Shown piece by piece: positions 1-9,358 of a stretch of 64,000 nt of DNA. The stretch lies in contig CAVYIM010000003.1 in NCBI GenBank assembly GCA_963768655.1, forward strand, positions 704,001 through 768,000, read 5' to 3'. Each line of letters opens with the position of its first letter. Position 1 is the first letter of the stretch. Under the pieces are notes generated by a model. That model saw nothing but the letters and a program-made list of their open reading frames with translations. It was not told the DNA's origin and did no database searches. This DNA comes from an uncultured Chloroflexia bacterium (GTDB taxonomy: Bacteria > Chloroflexota > Limnocylindria > Limnocylindrales > CSP1-4). The position numbers and the translations under genes were made by a program.

Positions 1-1092
1 GCCGACGTCGTCCGTGCCCACGGCCTGACCTTCATCGGCCCGCCCGCCGAGGTGCTCGAGCGTTTCGCCTCCAAGGAGGCGACCCGGCGCCTGCTCGAGG
101 CCCACGGCCTGCGCACCATTCCGGGCTCCGGCATGCTGCGCGACGAGGCCCATGCTCTCGATGAGGCCGAACGCATCGGGTTCCCGGTGCTGATCAAGCC
201 CTCCGCGGGCGGCGGCGGCAAGGGAATGCGCCTGGTCAGGTCCCCGCGCGAACTCGAGACCTCGTTCAAGGTCAGCCGCTCCGAGGCCAAGGCCGGGTTC
301 GGCGACGACTCGCTCTACCTGGAGAAGTACCTCGACGACAACCGCCACGTGGAGATCCAGGTGGCGGTCGACCGTTTCGGACACGCCGTCCACATGGGCG
401 AGCGGGACTGCTCCGTGCAGCGCCGCCACCAGAAGATCCTCGAGGAGACGCCCAGCCCGGCCCTGACCGAGGCGGCCCGGCAGGAGCTCTGCGCGCGGGC
501 CGTTCGGGCGGTCGTCGAGGCCGGCTACGAGAACCTCGGCACGCTGGAATTCCTGATCGACGCCAGGGGCGAGGCCTACTTCATCGAGATCAACTGCCGC
601 GTCCAGGTCGAGCACCCGATCACGGAGATGTGCACCGGCATCGACATGGTCGCGTTGCAGATCAAGATCGCGGCCGGCGAGCCGTTGGGCATGACCCAGG
701 CGGACGTCGTCTCCACCGGCCACGCCATCGAGTTCCGCATCCTGGCCGAGGATCCGAGTCACGACTTCCGGCCGCAGTCCGGCCAGGTGCTCGGCTACCT
801 GGCCCCGGGCGGGCCGGGCGTCCGCATGGATACGCACATCTACCCCGGCTACGAAGTGCCGTCCTACTACGACTCGCTATTGGGCAAGCTCTCCGTCTGG
901 GCGCCCGATCGGGCCGGGGCGATCGCCCGCGGCGACGCCGCGCTGCGCGAGCTGCTCGTGGACGGCCTGACCACCAACATCGACCTCCACCGGGCGATCC
1001 TCGCCAATGAGGTCTTCATCGACGGCAAGGTGACGACGAGCCTGCTCGACCGCGTCGGCAGCGACCCGTTCGTAGCCGCCGGCAACCGCTGA
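1..1092 (+). CDS. accC: Acetyl-CoA carboxylase biotin carboxylase subunit (5' truncated by window edge)
   Basis: Frame is open from base 1 (ADVVRAHGLTFIGPP...). ATP-grasp motifs IKPSAGGGGKGMR, GERDCSVQRRHQK, EINCRVQVEHP and YYDSLLGKL. Lies in a FAS operon. Confidence 0.95.
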   Translation, partial: ADVVRAHGLTFIGPPAEVLERFASKEATRRLLEAHGLRTIPGSGMLRDEAHALDEAERIGFPVLIKPSAGGGGKGMRLVRSPRELETSFKVSRSEAKAGFGDDSLYLEKYLDDNRHVEIQVAVDRFGHAVHMGERDCSVQRRHQKILEETPSPALTEAARQELCARAVRAVVEAGYENLGTLEFLIDARGEAYFIEINCRVQVEHPITEMCTGIDMVALQIKIAAGEPLGMTQADVVSTGHAIEFRILAEDPSHDFRPQSGQVLGYLAPGGPGVRMDTHIYPGYEVPSYYDSLLGKLSVWAPDRAGAIARGDAALRELLVDGLTTNIDLHRAILANEVFIDGKVTTSLLDRVGSDPFVAAGNR

Positions 1093-1114
1093 CCGCCAGC
1101 CCGAGGAGCCGCCC

Positions 1115-1588
1115 GTGCCCGAGAACGCCGCACCGAACGCGCCCATCCTGACCACTCGCCAGATCGAGCAGCTGATCCCGCACCGCTGGCCGTTCCTGCT
1201 CGTCGACCGGATCGTCGAATACGACGCGGCGGCCAAACAAATCGTCGGCCTCAAGTCGGTGACCGCGACCGAGTGGTTCTTCCAGGGTCACTTCCAGGGC
1301 CAGCCGATCATGCCCGGTGTGCTCCAGGTCGAGGCTCTGGCTCAGACCATGGGTGTCTACGTCGCCCAGCAGCCCGGCTTCGGCGATCGGCTCGGGCTCT
1401 TCGCCGCGATCGACGAGTGCCGCTTCAAGCACATCGTCACGCCCGGCGATCAGCTCCGCCTCGAAGTCACGATGGAGCGCCTGGGCAGCAAGTTCGGCCG
1501 CGGCAAGGGCGTCGCCACGGTCAACGGCGAAGTCGCCTGCGAGGCTCTCCTGAGCTTCATCATCGCCCCCGAGAGCGCGCTACGCTGA
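1115..1588 (+). CDS. fabZ: 3-hydroxyacyl-ACP dehydratase
   Basis: IPHRWPFLLVDR and FFQGHFQGQPIMPGVLQVEALAQ hot-dog signature; GTG start. Confidence 0.95.
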   Translation: MPENAAPNAPILTTRQIEQLIPHRWPFLLVDRIVEYDAAAKQIVGLKSVTATEWFFQGHFQGQPIMPGVLQVEALAQTMGVYVAQQPGFGDRLGLFAAIDECRFKHIVTPGDQLRLEVTMERLGSKFGRGKGVATVNGEVACEALLSFIIAPESALR

Positions 1589-2331
1589 TGGTCCGAATCG
1601 CTGCGCTGTCCGACGTTCACGGCAACCTGCCGGCCCTGCAGGAGGTGCGCAAGGCCGTCGATGCGGCTCGCCCGGACTACGTGGCGATCTGCGGCGACCT
1701 GGTCTTCAACGGCCCGGATCCCGCCGGGACGGTGGATCTGGTCCGCGAGCTCGAGCGGGCCGGCGCATTCGTCATCTGCGGCAATACGGATCTGGCCGTA
1801 ACCGACGGCGACTACACGGCCTCGTTCCCGTGGTTCACCGAGGGCGCGCCCGAGTCTTACCGGGTTGCCGCCGAGTGGGCGCGCGATCAGCTCGGCGACG
1901 AGCGGGTCGACTACCTGCGCCACCTGCCCTGGGAGCGCCGGCTGCGGATCGACGACACGCTCGTGCTGTTCTGCCACGCTTCTCCGGGATCGCTGACGGA
2001 TGGCCTGCCGGCCGACCTCGATCCGGTTGTCACGATCGACCGCGTTGGCAGGACCGACGCATCGGTGATCGTCTGCGGCCACACCCACGTGCCCGAGATC
2101 CGCGAGATTGGCTGGCGCACGCTGGTCAACGACGGCAGCGCCGGCTACGTCTTCGATGGCGATCCGGCGGCGAGCTGGGCGCTCATCGAGATCGACGAGG
2201 GCCAGGTCAAGGCCGAGATCCAGCGCACCGGCTACGACGTCATGGCGGCGGCGAACGCGGTTTCCGCGCGCGGCCTCCCGGGCGACGTGTACAGGGCCGC
2301 CACAATTCGCACGGGGAAGCTAGTCCGATGA
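1588..2331 (+). CDS. Calcineurin-like metallophosphoesterase (YfcE/MJ0936-like)
   Basis: Motifs SDVHGN, GDLV, GNTD, CHASPGS, GHTH. ATG 1588 overlaps the fabZ stop (TGATG), so the ORF-track start at 1273 is over-extended. Confidence 0.88.
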   Translation: MVRIAALSDVHGNLPALQEVRKAVDAARPDYVAICGDLVFNGPDPAGTVDLVRELERAGAFVICGNTDLAVTDGDYTASFPWFTEGAPESYRVAAEWARDQLGDERVDYLRHLPWERRLRIDDTLVLFCHASPGSLTDGLPADLDPVVTIDRVGRTDASVIVCGHTHVPEIREIGWRTLVNDGSAGYVFDGDPAASWALIEIDEGQVKAEIQRTGYDVMAAANAVSARGLPGDVYRAATIRTGKLVR

Positions 2332-3590
2332 GTACCTATGCTGCGCCCCGAGTCGTCGTGACGGGCATGGGCGCCATCACTGCGCTGGGCCTCGACGTTG
2401 CCACCGCCTGGGACGGGCTGGTCGCAGGCCGCTCCGGCGTGGCCACGATCACGCAGTTCGATCCCTCGCGCCTGACCACCCGCATCGGCGCCGAGGTCAA
2501 GGGCTTCGATCCCTCCGCCGTCCTCGACCGCAAGGAGCAGCGGCGCAACGATCGCTACGTCCAGTTCGCGCTCGTCGCGGCCCGCCAGGCGATGGATCAG
2601 GCGGGGCTGCCGGCTCGACTCGAAGGCGAAGAGGCGGAGCGGACCGGGGTCGTGATCGGGACCGGCATCGGCGGCATCCAGACCCTCGCCGAGCAGGTGC
2701 TGCTGATGGGCGAGCGCGGGCCCGGCCGCATGTCGCCCTTCCTGATCCCGATGGCCATCAGCAACCTCGCCGCCGGCGTGACGGCCATCACTTTCGGCCC
2801 CAAGGGCCCCAACTTCAGCGTCGTTTCGGCCTGCGCCACCGGCGGACACTCCATTGGCGAGGCCTGGGAGATCATCCGACGAGGCGACGCCGACGTGATG
2901 CTGGCAGGCGGCGCGGAAGCGACGATGCACGAGGCACTGGTCGGTGGCTTCGCGGCGATGCGGGCGCTCTCGACCCGCAACGACGAGCCGGAGCGGGCGT
3001 CGCGGCCCTTCGACCGGCATCGCGACGGATTCGTCATCGGCGAGGGCTGCGGCATCGTCATCCTGGAGGCCCTCGACCACGCTCGAGCTCGTGGCGTCGA
3101 GCCGCTGGCCGAGATGGTGGGTTACGGCGCCACGGCCGACGCCTCTCACATCACGCTCCCGGCTCCCGGCGGGGCGGGCGCTGTGCGGGCCATCCGCCGC
3201 GCGCTCGAGAAGGCCCACCTGAGCGTGGACGACGTGGCGATGGTCAATGCCCACGCCACTTCCACACCCGAGGGCGACCCGCGCGAGCTCGAAGCCATGC
3301 GCACGCTCTTCGGCGACCGAGCCGGTCGGGTGAGCATCACCGCCAACAAGAGCATGATCGGGCACACCCTAGGTGCCGCCGGCGCGATCGAGGCGATCGC
3401 CACGGTCATGAGCGTCCGCACCGGCATCGTGCCGCCGACCATCAACCTCGAAGAGCCCGACGAAGCGGCGGCCGGGCTCGACCTGACTCCGGGCCGGGCG
3501 CGCCGGCGCGAGATCGAGGTCGCCGTCTCCAATTCCTTCGGCTTCGGTGGACAGAACAGCGCCGTCGTCTTCCGGCGCTGGAACGAGTAG
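2328..3590 (+). CDS. fabF: Beta-ketoacyl-ACP synthase II
   Basis: RVVVTGMG N-terminus; Cys-His-His triad (SACATG, NAHATST, IGHTLGAAG); SNSFGFGG. ATGA overlap at 2328-2331. Confidence 0.95.
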   Translation: MSTYAAPRVVVTGMGAITALGLDVATAWDGLVAGRSGVATITQFDPSRLTTRIGAEVKGFDPSAVLDRKEQRRNDRYVQFALVAARQAMDQAGLPARLEGEEAERTGVVIGTGIGGIQTLAEQVLLMGERGPGRMSPFLIPMAISNLAAGVTAITFGPKGPNFSVVSACATGGHSIGEAWEIIRRGDADVMLAGGAEATMHEALVGGFAAMRALSTRNDEPERASRPFDRHRDGFVIGEGCGIVILEALDHARARGVEPLAEMVGYGATADASHITLPAPGGAGAVRAIRRALEKAHLSVDDVAMVNAHATSTPEGDPRELEAMRTLFGDRAGRVSITANKSMIGHTLGAAGAIEAIATVMSVRTGIVPPTINLEEPDEAAAGLDLTPGRARRREIEVAVSNSFGFGGQNSAVVFRRWNE

Positions 3591-3601
3591 AGGGCGCGAC
3601 G

Positions 3602-4162
3602 ATGGCTGAGCAAGGCAAGAAACTGGGGATGCCCGCCGAGTCCGAGCCGTCGACGGGCGCCGAGCCCGAGCAGCCGGCAGCCGAGGATCCCTCCCTGTCG
3701 GCCGAGGCCGCCTCGTTGCTGGGCCTGATCGACAAGCTGAGCTCGCTCCTGGAGAAGAGCGATCTGGTCGAGCTCGAAGTGCAGGCCGGCGAATCCGCCA
3801 TCGTCCTGCGAAAGCCCGCGGCATTGCTGCCAGCCGCCGCCGCCCCGGCCGCCGCCGCCCCCGTCGCCGGACCGGATCCAGCCGGAGCGGCAGCCGCGGC
3901 CGAGCCTGCCGTGCCGGCCTCGGCGGCCAGGGCCGTTCGCGCCCCGCTGACGGGAATCTTCTACGCTGCCTCGTCCCCGAGCGCGCCGCCGTACGTCAAG
4001 GTAGGCCAGCAGGTCGCCGTCGGCCAGATCATCGGCCTCATCGAAGCCATGAAGCTGTTCAACGAGATCAAGTCCGACGCCTCCGGCAGAATCGTGCGCA
4101 TCGTGGCCGAGACCGGCAAGCTGGTGAAGGCAAAGCAGCCGCTGATCGAGGTTGAACCGTAA
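3602..4162 (+). CDS. accB: Biotin carboxyl carrier protein
   Basis: EAMKLFNEI biotinylation motif after an Ala/Pro linker. Confidence 0.93.
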   Translation: MAEQGKKLGMPAESEPSTGAEPEQPAAEDPSLSAEAASLLGLIDKLSSLLEKSDLVELEVQAGESAIVLRKPAALLPAAAAPAAAAPVAGPDPAGAAAAAEPAVPASAARAVRAPLTGIFYAASSPSAPPYVKVGQQVAVGQIIGLIEAMKLFNEIKSDASGRIVRIVAETGKLVKAKQPLIEVEP

Positions 4163-5304
4163 TGGCCGGGTCCGTGCACGGGACTCGCGTCACCGGGTGG
4201 GGAGCCTACGCGCCGAGCCTCGTCCTGACCAACGCCGACATGGAGAAGATGGTCGAGACCTCGGACGAGTGGATCGTCAGCCGCACCGGGATCTGCGAGC
4301 GCCGCATTGCCGGACCGGGCGAGACCACGGCCAGCATGGCGGCCGTGGCCGGTCTGCGAGCGATTGCCGTAGCCGGGCTCCAGCCCGACGACATCGACCT
4401 GATCCTGGTCGGGACGCTCACCGCGGACTATCCGATGCCGTCCGCCGCGGCCCTCGTGAAGGACGCGATCGGCAACAAGCGCGCGGCGGCCATGGATCTC
4501 GCGGCGGCCTGCTCCGGGTTCGTCTACGGCTACGCCACCGCCCACGCCTACATCGCCAGCGGCATGGCGCGACACGTCCTGGTGATCGGCGCGGAGACAC
4601 TCAGCCGCTACACGGATTGGACCGATCGGGGGACGTGCATTCTCTTCGGCGACGGAGCAGGCGCGGCCGTCCTGTCGGCCTCGGACGAGCCAGGTGGAAC
4701 GCTGGGCATCGAGATGACGACCGAACCCGCGGGCGCCTACTTCATCTGGCTGCCGGCCGGCGGGGCGGCTCGACCGGCGAGCAACGCCACGCTCGGGAAT
4801 CGCGAGCACTACATGAGGATGAAGGGCAGCGAGACCTTCAAGATGGCCGTCCGAACTCTCGGATCGACCTCGATCAAGGCTCTCGAGAAGGCGGGCCTCG
4901 GCCTGCCTGACGTTGACCTCGTCATCCCGCATCAGGCCAACATCCGGATCATCGAGGCCCTGGCGAAGTCGCTGGATTTCCCGATGGCGCGAGTCTTCGT
5001 CAACGTCGACCGCTACGGCAACACCTCGGCCGCGTCGGTGCCGCTGGCCCTTTCGGAGGCCGTCGCCTCCGGCAGGGTCAAGAAGGGCGATCACATCCTG
5101 CTCGTGGCCTTCGGCGCTGGGCTCACATCCGGGGCTATAGCGCTGGAGTGGACGGCCGATCCGGCCGCCTCGGCCAGGGCCGACGCCATCGATCCCGGCG
5201 AAGTCACCATCCTGCCCGGTTACCTCGGGCCGGTCGACCCGTTCCCACCCGCCCTGGAGTGGCTCCGCGCCGGCTCCGGCTCGGTCACCCCGGGCAAGAG
5301 TTGA
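4162..5304 (+). CDS. fabH: Beta-ketoacyl-ACP synthase III
   Basis: Cys-His-Asn triad (AACSGF, PHQAN, YGNTSAAS) and LFGDGAGA. About 50 aa of C-terminal extension. Confidence 0.95.
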   Translation: MAGSVHGTRVTGWGAYAPSLVLTNADMEKMVETSDEWIVSRTGICERRIAGPGETTASMAAVAGLRAIAVAGLQPDDIDLILVGTLTADYPMPSAAALVKDAIGNKRAAAMDLAAACSGFVYGYATAHAYIASGMARHVLVIGAETLSRYTDWTDRGTCILFGDGAGAAVLSASDEPGGTLGIEMTTEPAGAYFIWLPAGGAARPASNATLGNREHYMRMKGSETFKMAVRTLGSTSIKALEKAGLGLPDVDLVIPHQANIRIIEALAKSLDFPMARVFVNVDRYGNTSAASVPLALSEAVASGRVKKGDHILLVAFGAGLTSGAIALEWTADPAASARADAIDPGEVTILPGYLGPVDPFPPALEWLRAGSGSVTPGKS

Positions 5305-5389
5305 TCCAGGCGGCTCATCAACGACGCAATCGGCGCTCCGCCGAACGGGGCGCCGGCCACGCAGGCACGCGAATGCGAGGAGGAAGACC

Positions 5390-6139
5390 ATGATCGATCT
5401 GTCCGGCAAGACCGCCCTTGTCACCGGCGGCGCACGTGGCATCGGCAAGGCTATCTGCCTGAACCTGGCCAGGCAGGGCGCCGACGTCGCCTTCGTGGAC
5501 GTCGGCCGGCCCGAGGTCGCCGAGGCCACCGTGGCCGAGATCGAGGCCCTCGGGCGCAAGGCGCTCTACATCCCGGCGGACGTCACGGACCCGGAGGCCT
5601 GCGTCAAGGCCGTCGCGGCGACGGTCGAGGCCTTCGGCAAGATCGACATCCTGGTCAACAACGCCGGCATCACCCGCGACGACCTGATCATGAGAATGCC
5701 CATCGACGACTGGAAGAAGGTCCTCGAGGTCAATCTCTTCGGCGCCTTCTACATGATCAAAGCCGCCATCCGTCCGATGCTCAAGGCCCATGCCGGTCGG
5801 ATCATCAACATGTCGAGCGTCTCGGGCCAGGCCGGCCAGATGGGCCAGGCCAACTACTCGTCGTCAAAGGCAGGTCTGATCGGGCTCACGAAGGCGACCG
5901 CCCGTGAGGTCGCGTCGCGTGGCATAACCTGCAATGCCGTCGCACCGGGGTTCGTCGTCACCGAGCTCACCAGGGACCTGCCGGCCAGCCTGACCGACCA
6001 GATCAAGGCTCAGACGCCGCTGGGCCGTTTCGGCACGGTCGAAGAGATCGCGTCGGCGGTGACGTTCCTCGCGTCCGACGAAGCCGGGTACATCACCGGC
6101 CAGGTCCTCGCCGTGGACGGCGGCCTGGTGATGCAGTAA
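5390..6139 (+). CDS. fabG: 3-oxoacyl-ACP reductase
   Basis: TGGARGIG, NNAGITRD, YSSSK, NAVAPGF; AGGAGG RBS upstream. Confidence 0.95.
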   Translation: MIDLSGKTALVTGGARGIGKAICLNLARQGADVAFVDVGRPEVAEATVAEIEALGRKALYIPADVTDPEACVKAVAATVEAFGKIDILVNNAGITRDDLIMRMPIDDWKKVLEVNLFGAFYMIKAAIRPMLKAHAGRIINMSSVSGQAGQMGQANYSSSKAGLIGLTKATAREVASRGITCNAVAPGFVVTELTRDLPASLTDQIKAQTPLGRFGTVEEIASAVTFLASDEAGYITGQVLAVDGGLVMQ

Positions 6140-6308
6140 CCGTCGCGGACCCTCGTGTCGCCCGGTCCGACGGCCGGACGGCATCGATGGCGGTCCGGCC
6201 GGCAAGCTCGGCCGGCCGGCGACGGTGAGTCGGGGAGCTTGGGGGTAGGATCAGCGCCACAATCGGTCAGAGCGTCACCGCAGTCACAGAAGGGGCGGTT
6301 GGGGTCGG

Positions 6309-7925
6309 ATGAGCGAACCCGGAAGTATCGAGCCCGTCATGCCTGAGGTCGAGCCGCCATCCGGACAGGAGGGCGCGACCGCCGCAGGAACTTCCGACGC
6401 GTCCGCCGGCTCCGCGCCGAGATCGAGCCGCCTGCGCGCGACCCGCTCACGGTTGGTCGCGGCCCTGGTCTCGATCCCCGGGATGTCCAGGCTGCTCGCC
6501 GGCTCGTCCGCCGAACCGGAGGCCGCAGCGAGCGGCCGCTCGCGGCTCGCGGCGGCGCTGCTGTCGTTCGTGTGGCCGGGGCTGGGCCAGCTCTATGCGC
6601 GCCGGTTCATCACGGCCGCGATCTTCGCCGTCCCGGTCGTGCTTGCCGCCGTCTGGCTGGTCATGCAGGTCCTCAACGGCGTCCTGTACTTCGGGGCCAG
6701 CTTCCTCGACGACTCATTCGCCCTGACCTTCGTGATCGGCGGCGCGTTCCTCGGTGTCTGGCGGATCGTGTCCATGATCCACGCCTATGCCACCACCGGG
6801 CCCCGCCGCCGGCCGCGCCGGCTGGACGCGGGTGTGCTCGCGGTTCTGCTGATCGTCGTGCTGGCCGTGCATGGTGAGGTCGTCTACTACGCCTGGTCCG
6901 CCTACAGCTTCGACGTCGATCTCACGAACAACGTCCTGGTGAACAACCAGCCGACGGCCGCGCCGAGCTCCCAGCCGTCCGCGACGCTGGTGCCGACCCC
7001 GGCGTGGCAGCCCAGCGGCTCGAATGCGCCGTCCAGCCCGACGCCCGGGGTTTCCCCGTCGCCCGCGCCCTCGGACCGGGTAACGATCCTGCTGACCGGC
7101 ATGGACTGGATGCCCGGCCGTACGACCGCCATGAACGACGCCATCATGCTGGTCAGCCTCGACACGGAAACGAACAAGGTAACGATGGTCAGCATTCCGC
7201 GGGATACGGCCGATTTCGACTATTACTGGGGCGGGTCGACGGGTGTGAACACCAAGATCAACAACTTCGCCAACCTGATCGGCAAGGGCTTGATCCACGC
7301 GCCGGATCCGCCCCTGACCGCATTCGCCAACGAGGTCGGCTACCTGGTGGGCGTGAAGGTCGACTACTACGCGGAGATCGACATGAGCGGCTTCGGCAGC
7401 ATGGTGAACCTGCTGCCGGGCCACGATGTGTGCGTCTACAACCCCAAGGCGATAGACGACCCGTCAACGCAGACGCACATTGCGGCCGGCAACGTGTGCC
7501 TGGACGGCGTCCAGGCCATCAAGTACGTCCGATCGCGCCACAACGGTGGCAGCGACTATGTTCGCGCCGGTCGGCAGCAGCAGATTCTCCTGGCGGCGGC
7601 GCACAAGATCGCCACGCCTTCGGGCATCGCCGCCCTGCCCAGCCTCCTGTCGTTGGGGGCCAAGCTGATCCAGACCAACTTCCCGCTCAAGACTGCCAAG
7701 AACTACGTCTCCGTCGTCCAGCACCTCGGGGCCGGGGACGTCACGCAGTGCGTGCTCGGGCCGCCGTACGACTACCACCCGGCCACCGCGCTGACCAAGG
7801 GAGACTGGACGAGTCGGCTCGAACTGTCCCTGGTATCCGGCCTATCTGTTTACCTGTTCGGCTCGGACAGCCGCTACTACGGCATGGAAGGCGTCACACC
7901 CGCACCCTGCTCGTCGCAGAGCTGA
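6309..7925 (+). CDS. LCP (LytR-CpsA-Psr) family glycopolymer transferase with N-terminal TM helices and Pro/Ser/Thr linker
   Basis: TILLTGMD, NDAIMLVS, MVSIPRD, KINN, YVRSRH, SDYVRAGRQQ motifs. Confidence 0.9.
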   Translation: MSEPGSIEPVMPEVEPPSGQEGATAAGTSDASAGSAPRSSRLRATRSRLVAALVSIPGMSRLLAGSSAEPEAAASGRSRLAAALLSFVWPGLGQLYARRFITAAIFAVPVVLAAVWLVMQVLNGVLYFGASFLDDSFALTFVIGGAFLGVWRIVSMIHAYATTGPRRRPRRLDAGVLAVLLIVVLAVHGEVVYYAWSAYSFDVDLTNNVLVNNQPTAAPSSQPSATLVPTPAWQPSGSNAPSSPTPGVSPSPAPSDRVTILLTGMDWMPGRTTAMNDAIMLVSLDTETNKVTMVSIPRDTADFDYYWGGSTGVNTKINNFANLIGKGLIHAPDPPLTAFANEVGYLVGVKVDYYAEIDMSGFGSMVNLLPGHDVCVYNPKAIDDPSTQTHIAAGNVCLDGVQAIKYVRSRHNGGSDYVRAGRQQQILLAAAHKIATPSGIAALPSLLSLGAKLIQTNFPLKTAKNYVSVVQHLGAGDVTQCVLGPPYDYHPATALTKGDWTSRLELSLVSGLSVYLFGSDSRYYGMEGVTPAPCSSQS

Positions 7926-7991
7926 CCGCTCGGCCCGAACTGACCGACGGCTGCCGGAGCCCTGCGCAGCCGGCGCTCCGGCTCGCGCCTC

Positions 7992-9209
7992 CTACTTGTA
8001 GGCCACGGCCGTCCCCGTCGGCACGCTCTGGATGAATATCTCGCCTCGCACGAGCGGTATTTCATTGCCCGATGAGTCGTAGAAGCGTGTGAGCGCAGTG
8101 TCCGAGGCCTTCTTCCAGGTGCCGACGATCGCCTGACCCTCAAGGAATACGATCGCCTTGCCCGAGCCGACGTTGGCCACCACCGGGCGCTTGTGACCGG
8201 GATCGGAAACCGAGTCGTATGACAGCGCCTGGAACATGACGATCACATTGCGGGCCGTCACCTGCTGGCCGTTGGCAGGGTCGGTCTGGAGGTGGCCGCC
8301 CACGTAGCGGAGATACGAGTCGGTCGCCGGATCGAACGTGTAGCCGACCAGGCCGGTGCGGTAAGGGATGGAAATGGATTGCGTCGCGGGCAGCTGCGAG
8401 CGGGGCGAGTCGTCCCTGAAAGTGCGAACGGGCAGCCCTTGATACGTCGCCGGATAGCTCATCCTGGCCAGGCATCTGATGAGCACGGCCGAGTTGGTGT
8501 AGGCGTTGTGCGGCGACGCCCGGGTGGCAATGCGATGGTAGGGGCAGGAGCCTCCCCGGAGGTCGTCCATGTTGTAGATGTTCCTGGCGTTGGCCGGGAT
8601 GACCTTGTCCAGCGACACGGCATCGCCGCCAAAGTGCCCGAATACGGCCTTGTACTCGGCCGCCCAGTAGACGAAGTACGGACGGGCGCTTCGGACCGGC
8701 CCGATGTCTGTCGCGGTGCCCTCCTGGAACACCATCATGTAGCGGTCCTCGCCACCGTCGGCCGGGGCCTGGTAGACGATCGAGGCGGAGGAGAAACCCG
8801 ACTGCGGCCGGGCCACGATGTTGTCGTCGACCATGATCGCCATCGGCAGGCGATGGGCGAGATCGGCGGAAGTGAGCACTCCGTCGAGGTCGGCGTAGGC
8901 AAGGCCTGTGGGCGACGCCGCCGGCGAGCTCGTGGGCGTACCGGACGGTGAGGCCGGCGGCGTTGGCACTTCCGATGGCGATGGAGAAGGCGAGACGAGG
9001 GCCACCGCCGTGGCGCTCGGGCCGGCGCTGGCCTGGGCCGTTCCGCCCGATCCGACCGCGACCAGGAGGCTCGCGGCCAGGACGATCACGAGAGCGATCG
9101 CGACGAGCGCGACCACCACCGATCGATGGCTGGCCCAGGAGCGCTCGATCAGGTGTCGCAGTCGGGCTGCCAACGGTCGAAGACGTGCAATCACAGTCGA
9201 AGTCTCCAA
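7992..9209 (-). CDS. DUF3048 (YerB-like) membrane-anchored exported protein
   Basis: PMAIMVDDN..ARPQSG, IGPVRSARPY, PHNAY motifs; N-terminal TM and SP-rich linker. Start uncertain. Confidence 0.8.
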   Translation of the reverse strand: METSTVIARLRPLAARLRHLIERSWASHRSVVVALVAIALVIVLAASLLVAVGSGGTAQASAGPSATAVALVSPSPSPSEVPTPPASPSGTPTSSPAASPTGLAYADLDGVLTSADLAHRLPMAIMVDDNIVARPQSGFSSASIVYQAPADGGEDRYMMVFQEGTATDIGPVRSARPYFVYWAAEYKAVFGHFGGDAVSLDKVIPANARNIYNMDDLRGGSCPYHRIATRASPHNAYTNSAVLIRCLARMSYPATYQGLPVRTFRDDSPRSQLPATQSISIPYRTGLVGYTFDPATDSYLRYVGGHLQTDPANGQQVTARNVIVMFQALSYDSVSDPGHKRPVVANVGSGKAIVFLEGQAIVGTWKKASDTALTRFYDSSGNEIPLVRGEIFIQSVPTGTAVAYK

Positions 9210-9358
9210 GAGCGAAACCAGCGCACAGGATAGCGAGGAACGCGCGGTGGGGCGGCCGGCCCAGAGGAGCCACGCCGCGGAGACCTGGACGTCAAGTTCC
9301 TACCTGCCTCCCTTGCCGCGGCCCGGCATCCCTCACGCTCATCCGGTAGTATCTGGCG

